Assembly (NCBI GenBank): GCA_010093815.1
Contig: ML996565.1
Reading direction: 5' to 3' (one strand)
DNA from: Pseudovirgaria hyperparasitica
Taxonomy: Eukaryota
Length of the DNA stretch: 64,000 nucleotides
In this document: piece by piece, positions 12,601 through 25,578 of the stretch
How the letters are laid out: every line of letters starts with the position of its first letter
How positions within the stretch are numbered: position 1 is the first letter of the stretch
Notes under the pieces: generated by a model
The model's database searches: none
Told to the model about the DNA's origin: nothing
The model's input: the letters and a program-made list of their open reading frames with translations, nothing else
Translations under genes and position numbers: made by a program

Positions 12601-12967
12601 TCACTTCCCCTGCCCAGCATCCTTCACCCCCTTCGCAACACTCGCACTCCCATCCTGAATCCCATTCGCCACATCCGCCACACCCCTCGCCAACGGCTTC
12701 CCCGTATCTCCAGTCGCGCCCTATAATCCCATCAGCACATACCCAACAGAAAGACCCCCAAAGCCTCCTCATTCCATACAACGTTCCATGAGCTGGCAAG
12801 GTGACAGGGAGATAACCTACCTCAACAACCTCCGCCACACCCCTCCCAGCCGCACCGACGACACCACCAAGCGTGTTCGTGACGCCGCCGACGGTGTTCC
12901 CAACGGTCGAGGTGACGAATTTGAAGCCGGAGGAGATGCCGGAGTCGTTGCTTGCTGGGCCTGTCAT
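12601..12967 (-). CDS. Small (88 aa) Gly/Ala/Thr/Val-rich hypothetical protein, hydrophilin/LEA-like composition
   Basis: Exon 1 is 12967-12821. The intron 12721-12820 (GTAGGT..GCTGAT..TAG) leads to exon 2, GATGDTGKPLARGVADVANGIQDGSASVAKGVKDAGQGK-stop, which continues the same amphipathic repeat style. Confidence 0.75.
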
Positions 12968-13117
12968 TATGTTGTTGGCTTAATGGTGAATTTTGCTTTG
13001 GGATTTGGTAGAAGGTGTGGATTTTGAGGCTTTTGGATCAAGGTGTTATGGGGAGTTGGGCAGATCATTTGCGGGTTTGTTTGTTATATTGATGATGGGA
13101 GGTAGGATTGGGCTTGC

Positions 13118-13125
13118 TGACGTCA
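13118..13125. promoter_or_regulatory. Perfect CRE palindrome TGACGTCA (ATF/CREB site)
   Basis: Lies about 150 nt upstream of the ATG of the small Gly-rich gene, with a TATAA on the minus strand near 13085. Confidence 0.45.
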
Positions 13126-13585
13126 TGGTATGAAGATCTTGCTTTTGGGAGGAGATCTGCGGGACGCAAGGGTATCTAACTCTTATCCATACAAACCCTG
13201 GCTTTGTGGTGAGACATGTTGTACGGTTTCGTCACAGGATGCGTGGAACGTGAGATCTGGCAAGGAGGTCTTGTTTTTGTTCGCATCTGCTATGATAATC
13301 ATCCACCACTCTTCTTGTAGATGGTATTTGGGGACTTTGTAAGGCGGACTTCTACATGTATAACGAGATTCCGCTATCACTTATATGTGATATTCTGACC
13401 CACGGTGATGCAGCTTACGTTGCTTGTCCTGCCCTCCTCGGCGCAGTAGTGTACGCCTGGAGAACTCTCCTAGTTGTTTGCCCGGAAGTGCGAGACGCGT
13501 CGGTGGGAGAATGTAGCTGGGGCCAGGCGTTGCTTACCACTACAGTCTGGATCTGGTTTGTATGACACCCGTGCGCGTCGTGCAT

Positions 13586-14620
13586 TCAGGTAGACTGTGC
13601 ATCTAATACATCCTTACACTCTTTCCATCGCTGTTGTGTAAGATCCACGATTGTCCTCATCTTCTCCACGTCAACAAAACTGCCTCCGCGCTTATCAATG
13701 GCTCGTATCGAATTGGCTGCATCACCGGACATATCTACGACGACTGAGATATGCTCTCGACAGTGCTCTTCTTCAAATTGATCCGGGTCTGCCAGTATCC
13801 AGCCTTTCTCTTGCGTGGTGTCTTCAACGCCTTCCGGTGTCTCGTCAAAGACTGCAAAGCCTGCAGGAATCGGTAGACCACGTAGACTCAGCGCTTTCGC
13901 ATCAGCAATTGAATCAGAGCATATGATGGCTTCCATGTCGGGATCCCACCACGCTTTGGGGAGCTTGACAGAGCGCAGCGCAGCGAGCATCGCCAGCCAC
14001 GCCGCGTCCAGCGCCGCACCATCTAGGCTGATGTACAGTATGTCCAAGTACAAGGTCCAATACGCTATTATTTCCGGCTCAGACCCTACCTCCGGTTCTT
14101 GTTCAATTATGGGCTGATACCAGATTCTCAGGTCCTTTGAAGCTACCAAACCGGTTGTGGACAGTAACTGGAGAAGTCGAGATGCCAGCGACTGGGCCAG
14201 GCCAGATGGCGCTTGGCCGGGTATATGGGAGGGATTGCTCCCCGTGGAAAGTTCTACATTTGGAACCAATAGGCCGAGACGTGCGAGTTCGTCTCTATCG
14301 TTGTCTTCGTCGTTGGTAGAGATGGTCGGCGGGTTGGGCACATCGCGAGCCAAGAGGATTTCGCCGCGCACTCCACACACTACAGCAGTATTTCCCATAC
14401 GCACTACAGCACTCCCATTGCAATGAGTGAGGGAATCTGTGTTGACACTCAGCTTGCGAAACTCTGTGGGTTTGCGGCCGTTCGGTCGGACTGAGGTTTG
14501 TGACTTTGACGCCGGCGAGAGGTGCGCGAGGAGGTATTGGCGGGGCTGGAGCGCGGCGAAGATCTCACGGGGAAATGTCAGCGCTGAAGGGGCATTCGCA
14601 GTTGTAGATGTTGCCGCCAT
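13586..14620 (-). CDS. RRP43: Exosome core RNase PH-like subunit Rrp43
   Basis: FPREIFAALQPRQYLLAHL, RPNGRKPTEFR, GSAVVRMGNTAVVCGVRGE, LVPNVELSTG and WTLYLDILYISLDG. ATG at 14620. Confidence 0.85.
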   Translation of the reverse strand: MAATSTTANAPSALTFPREIFAALQPRQYLLAHLSPASKSQTSVRPNGRKPTEFRKLSVNTDSLTHCNGSAVVRMGNTAVVCGVRGEILLARDVPNPPTISTNDEDNDRDELARLGLLVPNVELSTGSNPSHIPGQAPSGLAQSLASRLLQLLSTTGLVASKDLRIWYQPIIEQEPEVGSEPEIIAYWTLYLDILYISLDGAALDAAWLAMLAALRSVKLPKAWWDPDMEAIICSDSIADAKALSLRGLPIPAGFAVFDETPEGVEDTTQEKGWILADPDQFEEEHCREHISVVVDMSGDAANSIRAIDKRGGSFVDVEKMRTIVDLTQQRWKECKDVLDAQST

Positions 14621-15111
14621 CGTAGGAAACTGTCTGCGCCTGCTGATCGATTTTAGACTTTGTGGTTTTGCAACGCAGCTCCAGAAACTTTTCTGTGGTG
14701 GAGAGAGACAGCAGGGAGCTTGGACCACCAAAGCCTTGTGGCCTTACCGTACCAGTATGCCCGTACCATGGATATCTTCCACATCAGATCGTTCCGCGTC
14801 CTTCCATACCGCCGCTAAAGAAGTTAAAAAACCACTCAAGTAGTATAATTACTCCAACCAGAATAAAAACATGATGTTTGCCTTTCACCAAGACATCGTG
14901 AGCACCGGCGAGGATTTTGATAACTCTTCTTCACACTGCAGCCAAGCAGTAAACACCTACCTCTACAGTAGACGATACTCACAACATCAGCATTTTCGGG
15001 AGAATCCTGACAGGATCGACTATACGCCGGCTAGATCTGTACCCTCACTTACTAGACTCGTGAATCTTCACCTGGCATCCTGACGTCTTGACTACCCAGC
15101 CTTGCTTCAGT

Positions 15112-16440
15112 ATGTTCATATACGAACGTGGTCCTCCGTGTAAACACGCAACTTCAGATATATGCAACAAGCATGGCTCCGACCGCATTCCATTCCAAGC
15201 TGTCTGGCCCGTAACCCGAAATCACAGCGGAACAGGGTCCGAAAAGGACGACCAGCACAAAGTCGAGCCCCTGAGCCGCGCTCCAATCGAGCTCCTGGCT
15301 ACGGAACTCCTCCGGTCTATCACGGATTCTCTCGATATAGTGTCCATAGCCTGTCTCTCACTGTGCAGCAAGGCCCTCCGATATCAGATCGGAACAAGGT
15401 ACACAGAACGTGTATCCCGGAGATCGATCTACCACACAATATACCCCGGTAGCCACGCCAATCGCCGGGAATTCCTGAAGATCTTGGTCAGAGATCTCAG
15501 CGCGGATTTCGTATACTGCAACTCGCATCTATACCTCCGTCGCCGGCAGATCACTCTTGAATCGTTATGCTGCCGCAGTATCGCCTCCTACCACGGCATA
15601 GTCCCTAGGAACAGGAGCAGCAGTAGCAGCAACAACACCATCATACCAAACCCACAACTCTGTAGCCCCTGCAAGCACCTAGCCGCCATGGGCCTCGACT
15701 TACCCATTCCACTCTTCCCTCTCTCATACGTCCAAGTCCACCTCGTCCTGCACCACGGCCTCTGCCTCCACACACTCGAATGCGCCGGAAGCTGGACCTG
15801 CCCACACCCACTCCCCCTTTCGTGGCTACACAAAACGAGCAAAACGCGCCCCTACCCATCCCTCCCCTTCCTCCGCAACAAAAGGAAAGACAGACCCCTC
15901 CCAGGCGACAACATACTCATGACGCACCACGTCACCGCCTTCAAATCCATCGACGAAAAACAAGTCCTCCTGCACATCAGATACGCCTTCGGCCAGCAGA
16001 GCGCCGACACCGACTTCGACCTCCGCACCGCCGTCCTCGATCTCGACTTTGCCGTCTGCAAGCACGTCCGTGTTGGCCGTCGCGATCCCAACTCCACCAC
16101 CCCACTCACAACCCTCCGCATTCCTAAACAGAACCGTCACTCTATTAGCTCGCTGCGTAAATGCCCCTTTTGCCCGACTGAATTCCGAACGCACCGTCAC
16201 TACCGCAAGTTGCCCCGGTATCGTACCAAGGACGATGAAACAAAATTGTATATCGAGGTTTTGGTCTGGCATCGTCTGGGCACGGGGAGTCAGCATGGGG
16301 ATGGAGACTGGCTGCGGCTTGTGGATGAGGGAAGAGTGGTTGAGGTTGAGGGAGAGGAGGAGGAGGTGGGTGAGGTGAAGAAGGCGTATGAGGTGGCGTA
16401 CGCGGAAGAGAAGAGGAAGAGACCTGTGCTGAGGAAATAG
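15112..16440 (+). CDS. F-box-like hypothetical protein
   Basis: PIELLATELLRSITDSLDIVSIACLSLCSKAL is F-box-like. The C-terminal CKH...CPFCPTEF...VWHRLG resembles fungal F-box-associated hypothetical proteins. Start codon uncertain. Confidence 0.6.
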   Translation: MFIYERGPPCKHATSDICNKHGSDRIPFQAVWPVTRNHSGTGSEKDDQHKVEPLSRAPIELLATELLRSITDSLDIVSIACLSLCSKALRYQIGTRYTERVSRRSIYHTIYPGSHANRREFLKILVRDLSADFVYCNSHLYLRRRQITLESLCCRSIASYHGIVPRNRSSSSSNNTIIPNPQLCSPCKHLAAMGLDLPIPLFPLSYVQVHLVLHHGLCLHTLECAGSWTCPHPLPLSWLHKTSKTRPYPSLPFLRNKRKDRPLPGDNILMTHHVTAFKSIDEKQVLLHIRYAFGQQSADTDFDLRTAVLDLDFAVCKHVRVGRRDPNSTTPLTTLRIPKQNRHSISSLRKCPFCPTEFRTHRHYRKLPRYRTKDDETKLYIEVLVWHRLGTGSQHGDGDWLRLVDEGRVVEVEGEEEEVGEVKKAYEVAYAEEKRKRPVLRK

Positions 16441-16813
16441 GGGGTGAATGGATGTGATACGGGAGGGGAAAGTGTAAGGGGGTGAGGAGGTTGTTATGTG
16501 GGTACATACATGGATTGGCATTATATTTCTCCTTCTGTGTCATGTAGCCTTATGCATGTTCATAGACTCACTAGCCCTAACAGTTTTGTAATCTGAATCA
16601 ATATAAGTGCTTCGTCGTCGTATACCTTGCTTGACGCCATCACATGAAGACAAAGCAGTAGATTGTCAGTGACCACTTCATACTCTTGACAACAACAACA
16701 ATAACGTGACCAAGCACGTCTCGCCTAGACATTACCAACTCTCTTACATCCAGATCCATATCATACAGAAATCCAACCATGCAAATTACCGCCTCCACCA
16801 TCCATTCACCACC

Positions 16814-18924
16814 TCAGCTCTCCGGCAAAACATCCTGTGTCCCACCTCCACCCGCCAAATTCGCCCTATCCATATTCCCCCTTCTCCGACCCCTGTCTCC
16901 CCGTCCCCTCGCATTCCACGTTCCCCTCCCACCACCACCCCCACGGCCCCCCCTATTCCCACCCCCACGACCGGCCGGAAATCGGCCCTTACCGGCAACA
17001 CTAAAGTTAATCCGCGTGAGCGGATGCTGCACCCACTCCAGCTTATCCAGCCCGAGCCGTGCCTTCTCCGCGTCACGCAGCCGCCACGCCTGGTACACGC
17101 CCATGAGCTTCTCGGGATCGACGTCATCGGTCTTGTCCTTGGCGGGAGTGCCGTTTTTCGCCGATTGGCTTGGTTCAGCAGCAATGTCGACGCCGCGCAG
17201 CTCGTCGACCCAGGCGCGCACGTACTCGCCCCGGGCGTCGTAGTCGAGGGCTTGCTTGACCGGGTTGAAGACGCGGCCGAGGCGCGGGTCGTTGCCGACG
17301 CCGGCGACGTACTGCCAATTACCCCAGTTGCTGCCGACGTCGTAGTCGACGAGCATGGCCTCGTACCATTCCGCGCCAAGCCGCCAGTCGATATTGAGGT
17401 GGGAGGAGAGGAAAGAGGCGACATTCTGGCGGGCACGGTTGGAGGTGTAGCCCGTGTGGATGAGTTCGCGCTGGCTGGCGTCGATGAGGCCGATGCCTGT
17501 CTCGCCGCGAATGAAGCGGATGAGCTTGCGGCGGGTGATTTCTGGCGAGCTGCCGGGCCCGCTGTGCGAGAGGTAGTGCCATTCTTTCTTGGTTTGCGGG
17601 TTTGAATAGGGCTGGAGATCGGCGCCGGCTTCTGCGTTTGCGCGCGAGAGCTTGGAGCCGCGGAAGCCGTGGATGGTGAAGAGTGCGGTGTTGAATTTTT
17701 GGGCACATAGGCGCATGTAGTCGCGCCAGAGGAGTTCGAAGCGGATGGCGGCTGTGCCTTTGTTTTCGCCTCCGGCCCAGCCGGGGACGGATGGCCAGTC
17801 AGTTTCTTCAGAGGGAAAGAATGGGAGTACAGGTGGTGTGCCATCTTCGAATTGTAGCATGGCGGCATGCACTTGGCGTGCAGAAAGACAACCTATGGAG
17901 AGGTACGCCGAAAGCTTGGTGCTAAAGTCCTCACCGAGAAGTCCGTTGCGAGTGTCCTTGTAGGCAGATGCTGCGCCAGACTTGAGGAGATGATGCAAGC
18001 GTTTCTGGCCTTTGGTCTCGCCACCAGCAAAGGGGTGAGCGGACCCTACATTTGATGGCCAAGAAGGCGGATTTGGAATGTCTGGCTTGGAAATCAGAGG
18101 AGAGAGGAGGGCTTCTTGCAGAGCCTCTTCGCCATCTGGAATTGCAAAGGGCTCGAATTGCGACGGAATTGAAGCTGGAAGAGGGGGTAACTTCTCAGGT
18201 AGTGGATGAGTCGGTCGAGGTCGCTCCCGCAGAGGCTCGACAGATTTTCGAAAGGTCGTGTACACATCCGGTAAGTCTATAATATTCGAAATATCGAAAG
18301 GAAGATCGCGACTGTCGTCATGATTAGCATATGAAGCGGCAGCATTGACGAATTTGATAGAGCACGTGACTGCAAAAAGTCGTAAACATAGACTTACTGG
18401 TCGACAAAGTACTTCTCGTCAAGCCACAGTTTGAATTCCTTTCCATGCTTCTCAGTCTCTTTTCTCACAGCTCTTTCTTGCGCCTTCTCTTCGGAACCTG
18501 TGTCTTCCGTCATCCACACTCCCACGATCTCGCCCTTCTCGCCGCCATCTGAATAATGCTGCAGGATATCTCGAACAACATCCACGTACTTGCCAACACG
18601 AATAACCAAACCACTTCCAAGCTGGCCAAGCGTGCCTTTCACATCCCAAACACTCTGGGACACAAATTTCGCTCGATGATAGCCCGTCCGCCAAAAGCCA
18701 CTATTTTGAGCTCTTGCCTCGGGATACGGCGATTTGGAGTCACGCGACCTCAAGAACCCCGAAACCTCGATCTGATTGGCAGAGTAGACATAGACTGGTA
18801 AGATGTGCGTGAATGGCGGCGAGGCTTGTGATGACAGGCGTGATATCTCGTGGAAGACTGGATTATCAGAGACGCGCAAGTCGCGACGGAGCAGATAGAC
18901 GAGAATCCTCGGGGCAGTGGCCAT
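16814..18924 (-). CDS. cry: Cryptochrome DASH (photolyase family) with RGG-rich C-terminal tail
   Basis: LLRRDLRVSDNP, FAGGET, YKDTRNGLLGEDFSTKLS, FELLWRDY, GYTSNRARQNVASFL and DYDVGSNWGNWQYVAGVGNDPR. Intron 18312-18397 (GTAAGT..CAG) is in frame. Confidence 0.92.
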
Positions 18925-21900
18925 TGTCAAGGATCCAAATTAGACGAAGATGCAGGCGCTGTGTGTACGCAGAAATGATAAGCGAGAAAGCGGACAGCGA
19001 TATAATGAGAAAAGATAGAGGCAAGGCAAGGGCAATGATATGCAAAGAGTCTTGGCGACCAATCGAAAGCACAACTGGGGTATCTTGAAAAAAATACAAG
19101 TAGGTAGAGCAATTAGACGGATGACAAGGCGGGATGACGGTGTACAAGTATGAAATGAAGGGGGAAAAAAGGGAGTGGGAGCAAGACAGCAGCACACAGG
19201 CACGAAGTGATTGGAGACTGCTGCAGAAGGGGAATGAATGATAATGGATTAGATGATCCGGGACTATAACCAACTGGCAACTAGACAGGTTGAGATCAGT
19301 GTGTTGTGGGTATGCGGGGGGGGGAATGTATGGGTAGATACCAGAATGAAGTGAGTTTGTGTTTATGAGATGCGCGAGGCGTGATGCGTCCAGTGGATGC
19401 GACCTGATGCGAGAGCCGAGAAGGCGAGAGAGGCCGACGAGGTCGAGACACGCCGATCAGGAACGGGCTCTCCCCCAATGACAACGTGTTGGGTGCGCAG
19501 ACTGAGGAACTTGGCGGGTATAGCTGAGACTGGATCTCCACTGTGGCTGGCGATGCCGATGCCCACGACCTACAATGTATCGCATACTTCTCGCCCCTGG
19601 CCATGCCCCCTAAGCTTTGTTTTCTCTGTACGACGTCATAGGAATGAATACACAGTGGTCATAGTCATATAGAACCTAGGGAGTTACCGCTGAACATGGG
19701 CCCTGCCACGTCGTCCAGTCTATTATCCATCAGTCCAAGCGGCGACCGAGTGCATTTCCAGTGACATTACTCGTCGGCTATAGCACGACGGGGCTTACCC
19801 GAGGCCTAGACCTCCTCCCGATGAATTATACATATCTAGAGTACCAGATGAATGGATGGGCAATACAGATCCAAGTCTGGTGACAACGCACAGATGTCGT
19901 CGTTATAGCAGGCTGTAGTGGTTCTGAGAAAACAAGTTGGGTACTGAGTTTTGCAGCGCCACACATCCATTGCCGTTCTACTCCATCTAATCATGTTGTC
20001 ACTGACGACACCATCTAGCCGTCTAGTTCATTCGAGGAACTAACTACGGATAGGCGAGGTGGAACTCGCCTTTCAAGCCACGCTTTGTGCCATCATTGAC
20101 TTGGTCGCCTCGATCTGCAAGCATTACTGCTCATCGTCGTTCGTCTCCGATGCAGTCTGTTCTAGCAAAGTCTCGCACTAGACCATGCACATAGGCTATC
20201 ACGGTGCGTGCTTGTGCTTCTCACTCCACAAGTCCTATGTCTTGGAGTTGATAATACATGTTTGAGTATCCCTGCCGAATCCGTCATCGATATGATCATC
20301 CCGGCCCTTACAATACGCCAGGGTCCTGGGATCGTCATCATCCATATATCCTGTGGCGCCCCCCTCGGTTCCCACATCTCCAACCCAACAGGATCTGCTA
20401 ACACACGTTGCGCTCTGCTCCTATCCATCTCCATCCCTCTTTTTCTCTCTCCAAACGTTCCCGTCTTCCGTCTTGGCAGGCCTTATGCACCCAGCGCCCC
20501 TTATCAATGGTCGTTGATCGTCCTACAATGCCCAGCCACATCCCCAGCACAGACAGTTCTTCATTCGCATCGATATACCCCATGGTGCCCAATACGACGT
20601 TCCAAGCGGAGATGGCTCCGCAAGTCTACATCCAAACATCCCAATCAGGTCAATTTCGACTCTAGATGAACACTTCCTGTCGCATGCTCTTCCATATCGA
20701 ACTTACAAATTGCAGTCCCATTGTCGATCTTCACCTCATAGGTGTCCCCCGCCAGATCTACATGGTTTCACCGACCTCGTTTGCCAATCTGTTCTCCTAA
20801 GCCCCACGAGCTCTGTAACGTCAACGTTGCACGGCTCTGTAACAATATGCAGCTCGTATCTTTGAATTGCAAAGATTGACGAGCTTCGTCGAGTCGATCT
20901 TGTCTTATCATGCTCGTCCAGGTTTTCTGTAGTGCTCGGCGTGCAATCCAGAGCTCTGATTGAAGTCGCTGCTTACGCATTAGCATTCGGGCCAGAATTC
21001 ACACCCGCGGCTAGATTGTTATGTTTACCTTGGTATCATCCGACGAAATATTTACTCGGAAGACACGATCTACATCCGCTCGTGATGCAGCAGCCATGCC
21101 TGTGAGCCGCGACGGCCCTCTACGACAGACATTGTCAACAGAATCGATTGCGGAACACGAACCGTGATGCAGCATAAACTGCGTCCTCGTAACATGCGCC
21201 TTATGCATATGTCCATTGGGCGTCAAAATATGCTACTATGAAGACCCGGCCAGATCCGCATCACTGTCATCCTGCCTAGCTAACTAGACAAGTCGACAGA
21301 GAGAACTCATTCCCGTTCTTCCCGCGTGGCACATCCTGGCTGTTACTCGAACAACGCCATCGGATCGAACCATTACTGCATACAAACGCAATATGTACAT
21401 ACGCACTAAGCATCCTTGTAGAACAATCTCATCACTGTCGCACGCCAAACTCAAGGCTCGGAGACCTTAGACTCGAATGTCTACGTACCTAGCCATTATG
21501 CAACTCTCAGTCACCATGATCCATGCAAAAGCTCACCAAGTGTGTTTGCTGTTTGCACCAATTGCTGGCATGCCAATTACAATTGGGGATTAAACGTGTT
21601 TGTAGACGATACATGGATTTCGCTGCTCGGATGGGCAGGTTCCGAGCCGCGCCGTGGTTGCGAGGCGGGTGTACTTGGATGGGAGAGATTGAGTACTGAT
21701 GTAGGACAACATGCGCAGGTAGGCGTCTTGATCCGAGTGGTCTGAGAGAGTATGGATGCGAGAATACGGGATCCTCAATATAACATATCGACAAAGTATC
21801 TTGGTGTAGAATGGTAATGTTAAAATCCAGTCTGGAGGATTTGGTGCATGGGAGTGCTACATACAAGTTAACATAGAGGCTGGTATTGTACACGACGGCT

Positions 21901-22422
21901 GTATCGTTAAGGTTTGTACTATTCTATGTCGGCAGATCAACAGTTTAGGTCAAGTATGCTCAGGCGGTCTGTGCTTTACCAAGTGCCTTGACCGAGTAAT
22001 TAATTAACCCTTGTAAAGCTATCTCGACACAAACATCGACTCTATGCCGAAGGATGATTCGACCTAATTATAGACAATTCCTGTCCGCAGCAGTATTTCC
22101 CTCAGGTTAATTGTTGGCTTGTCCAGAATACTGGCTCGGCATACAATTGCACGAAACGCTAAACTTCTCGGGAAATAATGGCGTGGCTGGTAATTAGATG
22201 GCCGGGGGGCTGATGTCTGAGCATTCTCCAGCCTCTAGGTAGTCTATTTACGCAGACTTCATCACCAACACACGCACTCAGTAGACAACTAATATCCGAA
22301 TTGATAAAACCTGTCATATCGCTCTAGGCGACTAATTGCCTGATGTTGACCAGCACCTCGTGTCAACACTGCTGCAGTTGCTCTTCGCACCCTTCCTTCC
22401 TCGTATCCTGAAAGTCTCTACC

Positions 22423-22983
22423 ATGACTCCTTCCACGTCTTCTCCACCCAGGATCTTCATCGTAGAGCGATACCAGTACAGATCAAAGAGCCAGCAACTA
22501 CCTCAAAAGGAGCCTCACAGTCAACATGACGACGTGGAATCCGCAAACGAGGCAGCCGACAGCGTCTTCCAGCAGCTGATGGCCGACCACTTCAGCCAGT
22601 TTGGCTACCTGGAGACCAAAGGCATCGATGCCCGCGATGGATTGTTTCGCGGTGCATTCCTTCTAGCTCAGAAGGATTCTGGAAATTACGTTGAGCGCAT
22701 TGGCGTATGCGTCCGAAGAGATTTACATCTGCCCCGTTTGCATAGCGGCGCGGGCACGTGGGGAGAGATCCGCAATCTGCCCTTCCATTTGAGCCCGGAT
22801 CAGAGAAGCACCAAGCGGAAGAGGGATATCTGCGATAAAGACCCACTCGGGAAGGAACCGAAGCGTTGTGAGCTCTCTGTGCGCGCGAGAGACTGTGCGA
22901 GAGCTCCCTGTGGCAGTGCGATGGATCCCTATGCTGACCCAATGCTGCTTGACGAAGGATGTTTAATGGGTGCAGCAAGGTGA
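22423..22983 (+). CDS. Hypothetical protein (about 186 aa)
   Basis: Open frame from ATG 22423 with protein-like composition. No family recognised. Confidence 0.45.
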   Translation: MTPSTSSPPRIFIVERYQYRSKSQQLPQKEPHSQHDDVESANEAADSVFQQLMADHFSQFGYLETKGIDARDGLFRGAFLLAQKDSGNYVERIGVCVRRDLHLPRLHSGAGTWGEIRNLPFHLSPDQRSTKRKRDICDKDPLGKEPKRCELSVRARDCARAPCGSAMDPYADPMLLDEGCLMGAAR

Positions 22984-23761
22984 CGATGTTTCAATGTTGG
23001 ATTAAAGGCTTTCGCGTGCTCACCTGATCAACGGTCCCACGAGCCCCTCGACGACCGTCCAGGATCCCAGCGGGCTGGCTTTAATTTTATATGTACGCCT
23101 ACATTTTAGATCGAGTGATCTCGGTAAGGAATCTGGCGGCAAGACACTCACCAGCCCTCAGATCTCTTCTTTGTCAAGCTATGTTATGTCTGTGCAGCTA
23201 CGTGTAGGTGGTACAACACGCTCCAAGCCACGTCAGCCGAGTAGGCTGTCCTACAAGGGATCGCTGTGCTCAACGTCTTGTAGAGGTATATTCTCGAGGC
23301 CTGCTGCCTGTCAATAGGCACGAGCGTAACATGTTGATAGTATGCCATTGTACTGCAATATCCAGACAATGACGCCAACGGCTGTATCACGGCGCTTGGG
23401 GGGTAGATAAGCTTTACAACGGCGGATACAAGCACTACGCTAATTCACTTCAAGCAGGAGGAAACGGCCTCATGCAGCAGCATTCTACGCTTGCTCGCAA
23501 ATGGATAATTAGAATATCGGCATCGGGGCCGGGCACCCACGCATTGTGCCAGCTACTATGTCACTATTATGTCGCCAGTCCTGCGCAATTGGTCCTTAGT
23601 TTGTTGTGGAACTAGTACCATCGAGTAATCCCAGGTAGAGCATACGATTCTCACCAGGATGCTCGCGTGCCGAGGACTGGGTGCTTTATATGTAGTAGCT
23701 GTTTGCTGCCGCAACTATCCGGATCTCCAGCAGCTTTCACTCCAGCTCGGTTAGGGTCAAG

Positions 23762-25578
23762 ATGCGATTCTCCTTTGCAGCCCTGTCGTCGGTCTTGCTC
23801 GCGTCGAGTGCTGTGCTGGCTACCACGCCTTTGAAGAACCATGCCGACCAGTTCAGGAAGCGAATGGACAAGTACGGTCCCAAACCACGAACAATCGAGG
23901 AGAAAACTCCCCTCGTGAAACGCAGCAGCAATGAGAGGAAGCCTTCTCCCTATGCCACCGACAGAGCCCAGCGTGAGCTACTTCAGTTCGGCACGTGAGA
24001 GAATGTGCCTGCTAATGATAATCACCCAGATTTCGTCGTTAATAGCACCGGTTTCCCCGACATTCCTTTCGACATCGGCGAGAGCTATGCTGGTCTCCTG
24101 CCCATCTCTGACGACCCGTACGAGACCCGCAAGTTGTTCTTCTGGTTCTTCCCCTCCGAGAATCCAGCCGCGAGCAAGGAGATCACGATCTGGTTCAACG
24201 GCGGTCCGGGCTGCAGCAGTCTGTCCGGCTTCCTGACGGAGAATGGTAAGTTTACGTGGCAGGCCGGCACGCTGGCTCCGGTCGAGAATCCTTACTCCTG
24301 GACGAACCTGACAAACGTCATGTGGGTCGAGCAGCCCGTCGGCGTCGGCTTCACGCAGGGCGTTCCGAACATCACGAATGAGGTTGAGCTTGGCCTCGAG
24401 TTCATCGGCTTCTACAAGCAGTTTGTCGACACGTTCAACGCGCACGGCAACAAGGTGTACCTGACTGGCGAATCCTACGGCGGCTTCTACGTCCCATACA
24501 TTGCCGATGCGTTCATCACCGCAAACGACACAGACTACTACAACCTGAAGGGCATAGCAATCAACGACCCCATCATCGGCGACTTTGCCGCGCAAGAGGT
24601 GGTCGTCGCTGTTCCGTACGCAGACTACTGGGACAAGATTTTCTTCCTAAATGAAACGCACAAACAAGGGATCCACGAACAGCATGAGGTTTGCGGCTTC
24701 GCCGAGTACATGGACAAGTACTTCAGATTTCCCCCGCCGCAGGAAGCCTTCGTGCTACCCGCGCAACTGGACAACGAAACCCTCAACTGCGACACCTTCG
24801 ACACCATCTACACCGCCGCCCTCGCCGTCAACCCCTGCTTCAACATCTACCACATCACGTAAGTCCGCAACCCCTACACTATACCACCCCGTCAACCCTC
24901 TAACCTCCCCCCCCCTCCAGCGAAACATGCCCGCACCCCTACTCCCAGCTCGGCATCGTCAACGCAGGCGACTACAACCCGCCCAACGCAGTCAGCTACT
25001 TCAACCGCACCGACGTCCAGGCCGCGCTCAACGCCCCCATCGGCACAAACTGGCAGCAATGCACCGCAACCGTCAACGTCTTCGGCGGGCCCACAAACAA
25101 CAAGAACCTCACCGACACCTCCGTCGGCCCCGCAAACAACGGCGTCCTCGCCCGCGTCATCGAACACACAAACAACACCTTCATCGGCTCCGGCGACCTC
25201 GACTTCCTCCTCAACACAAACGGCACCCTGCTCGCCATCCAGAACATGACCTGGCACGGCCTCCAAGGGCTCCAGCAGTTTCCAAACACCCCGCTGTACT
25301 CCCCCTACCACCCTGATCCCGACGGCGGTGCCCTCGCAGGTGCTGGTACCCTCGGTACCTGGGGCCACGAGCGCGGCCTGACGTTTTACCGCACCCAGCT
25401 TGCTGGCCATGAATTGCCCGGCTTTACCCCTGGTGCGGCGTACCGGGTGCTGGAGGTTATGCTGGGCCGGGTGGGCTCGCTGAGCGATATTAGCGATTTT
25501 ACGACGCAGGATGGCATGGGCGATTTTAATCGTGTGCAGGATGGTGGGTCGGCGAGGCTGAGGAGTCGTGAGTTGTGA
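23762..25578 (+). CDS. Secreted serine carboxypeptidase (S10 family)
   Basis: Signal peptide and KR propeptide sites; WFNGGPGCSS, VEQPVGVGF, GESYGG nucleophile, GDLD and AGHELP. Introns 23973-24029 and 24859-24920. Confidence 0.93.

Noticed and set aside
16706..17868. Long overlapping ORFs (299 aa +, 360 aa -) over cry-DASH, and similar shadows over GAD, fasciclin, the MFS genes and NTH1
   Set aside because: These are expected by-products of GC-rich biased codon usage, with low-complexity translations and no motifs.
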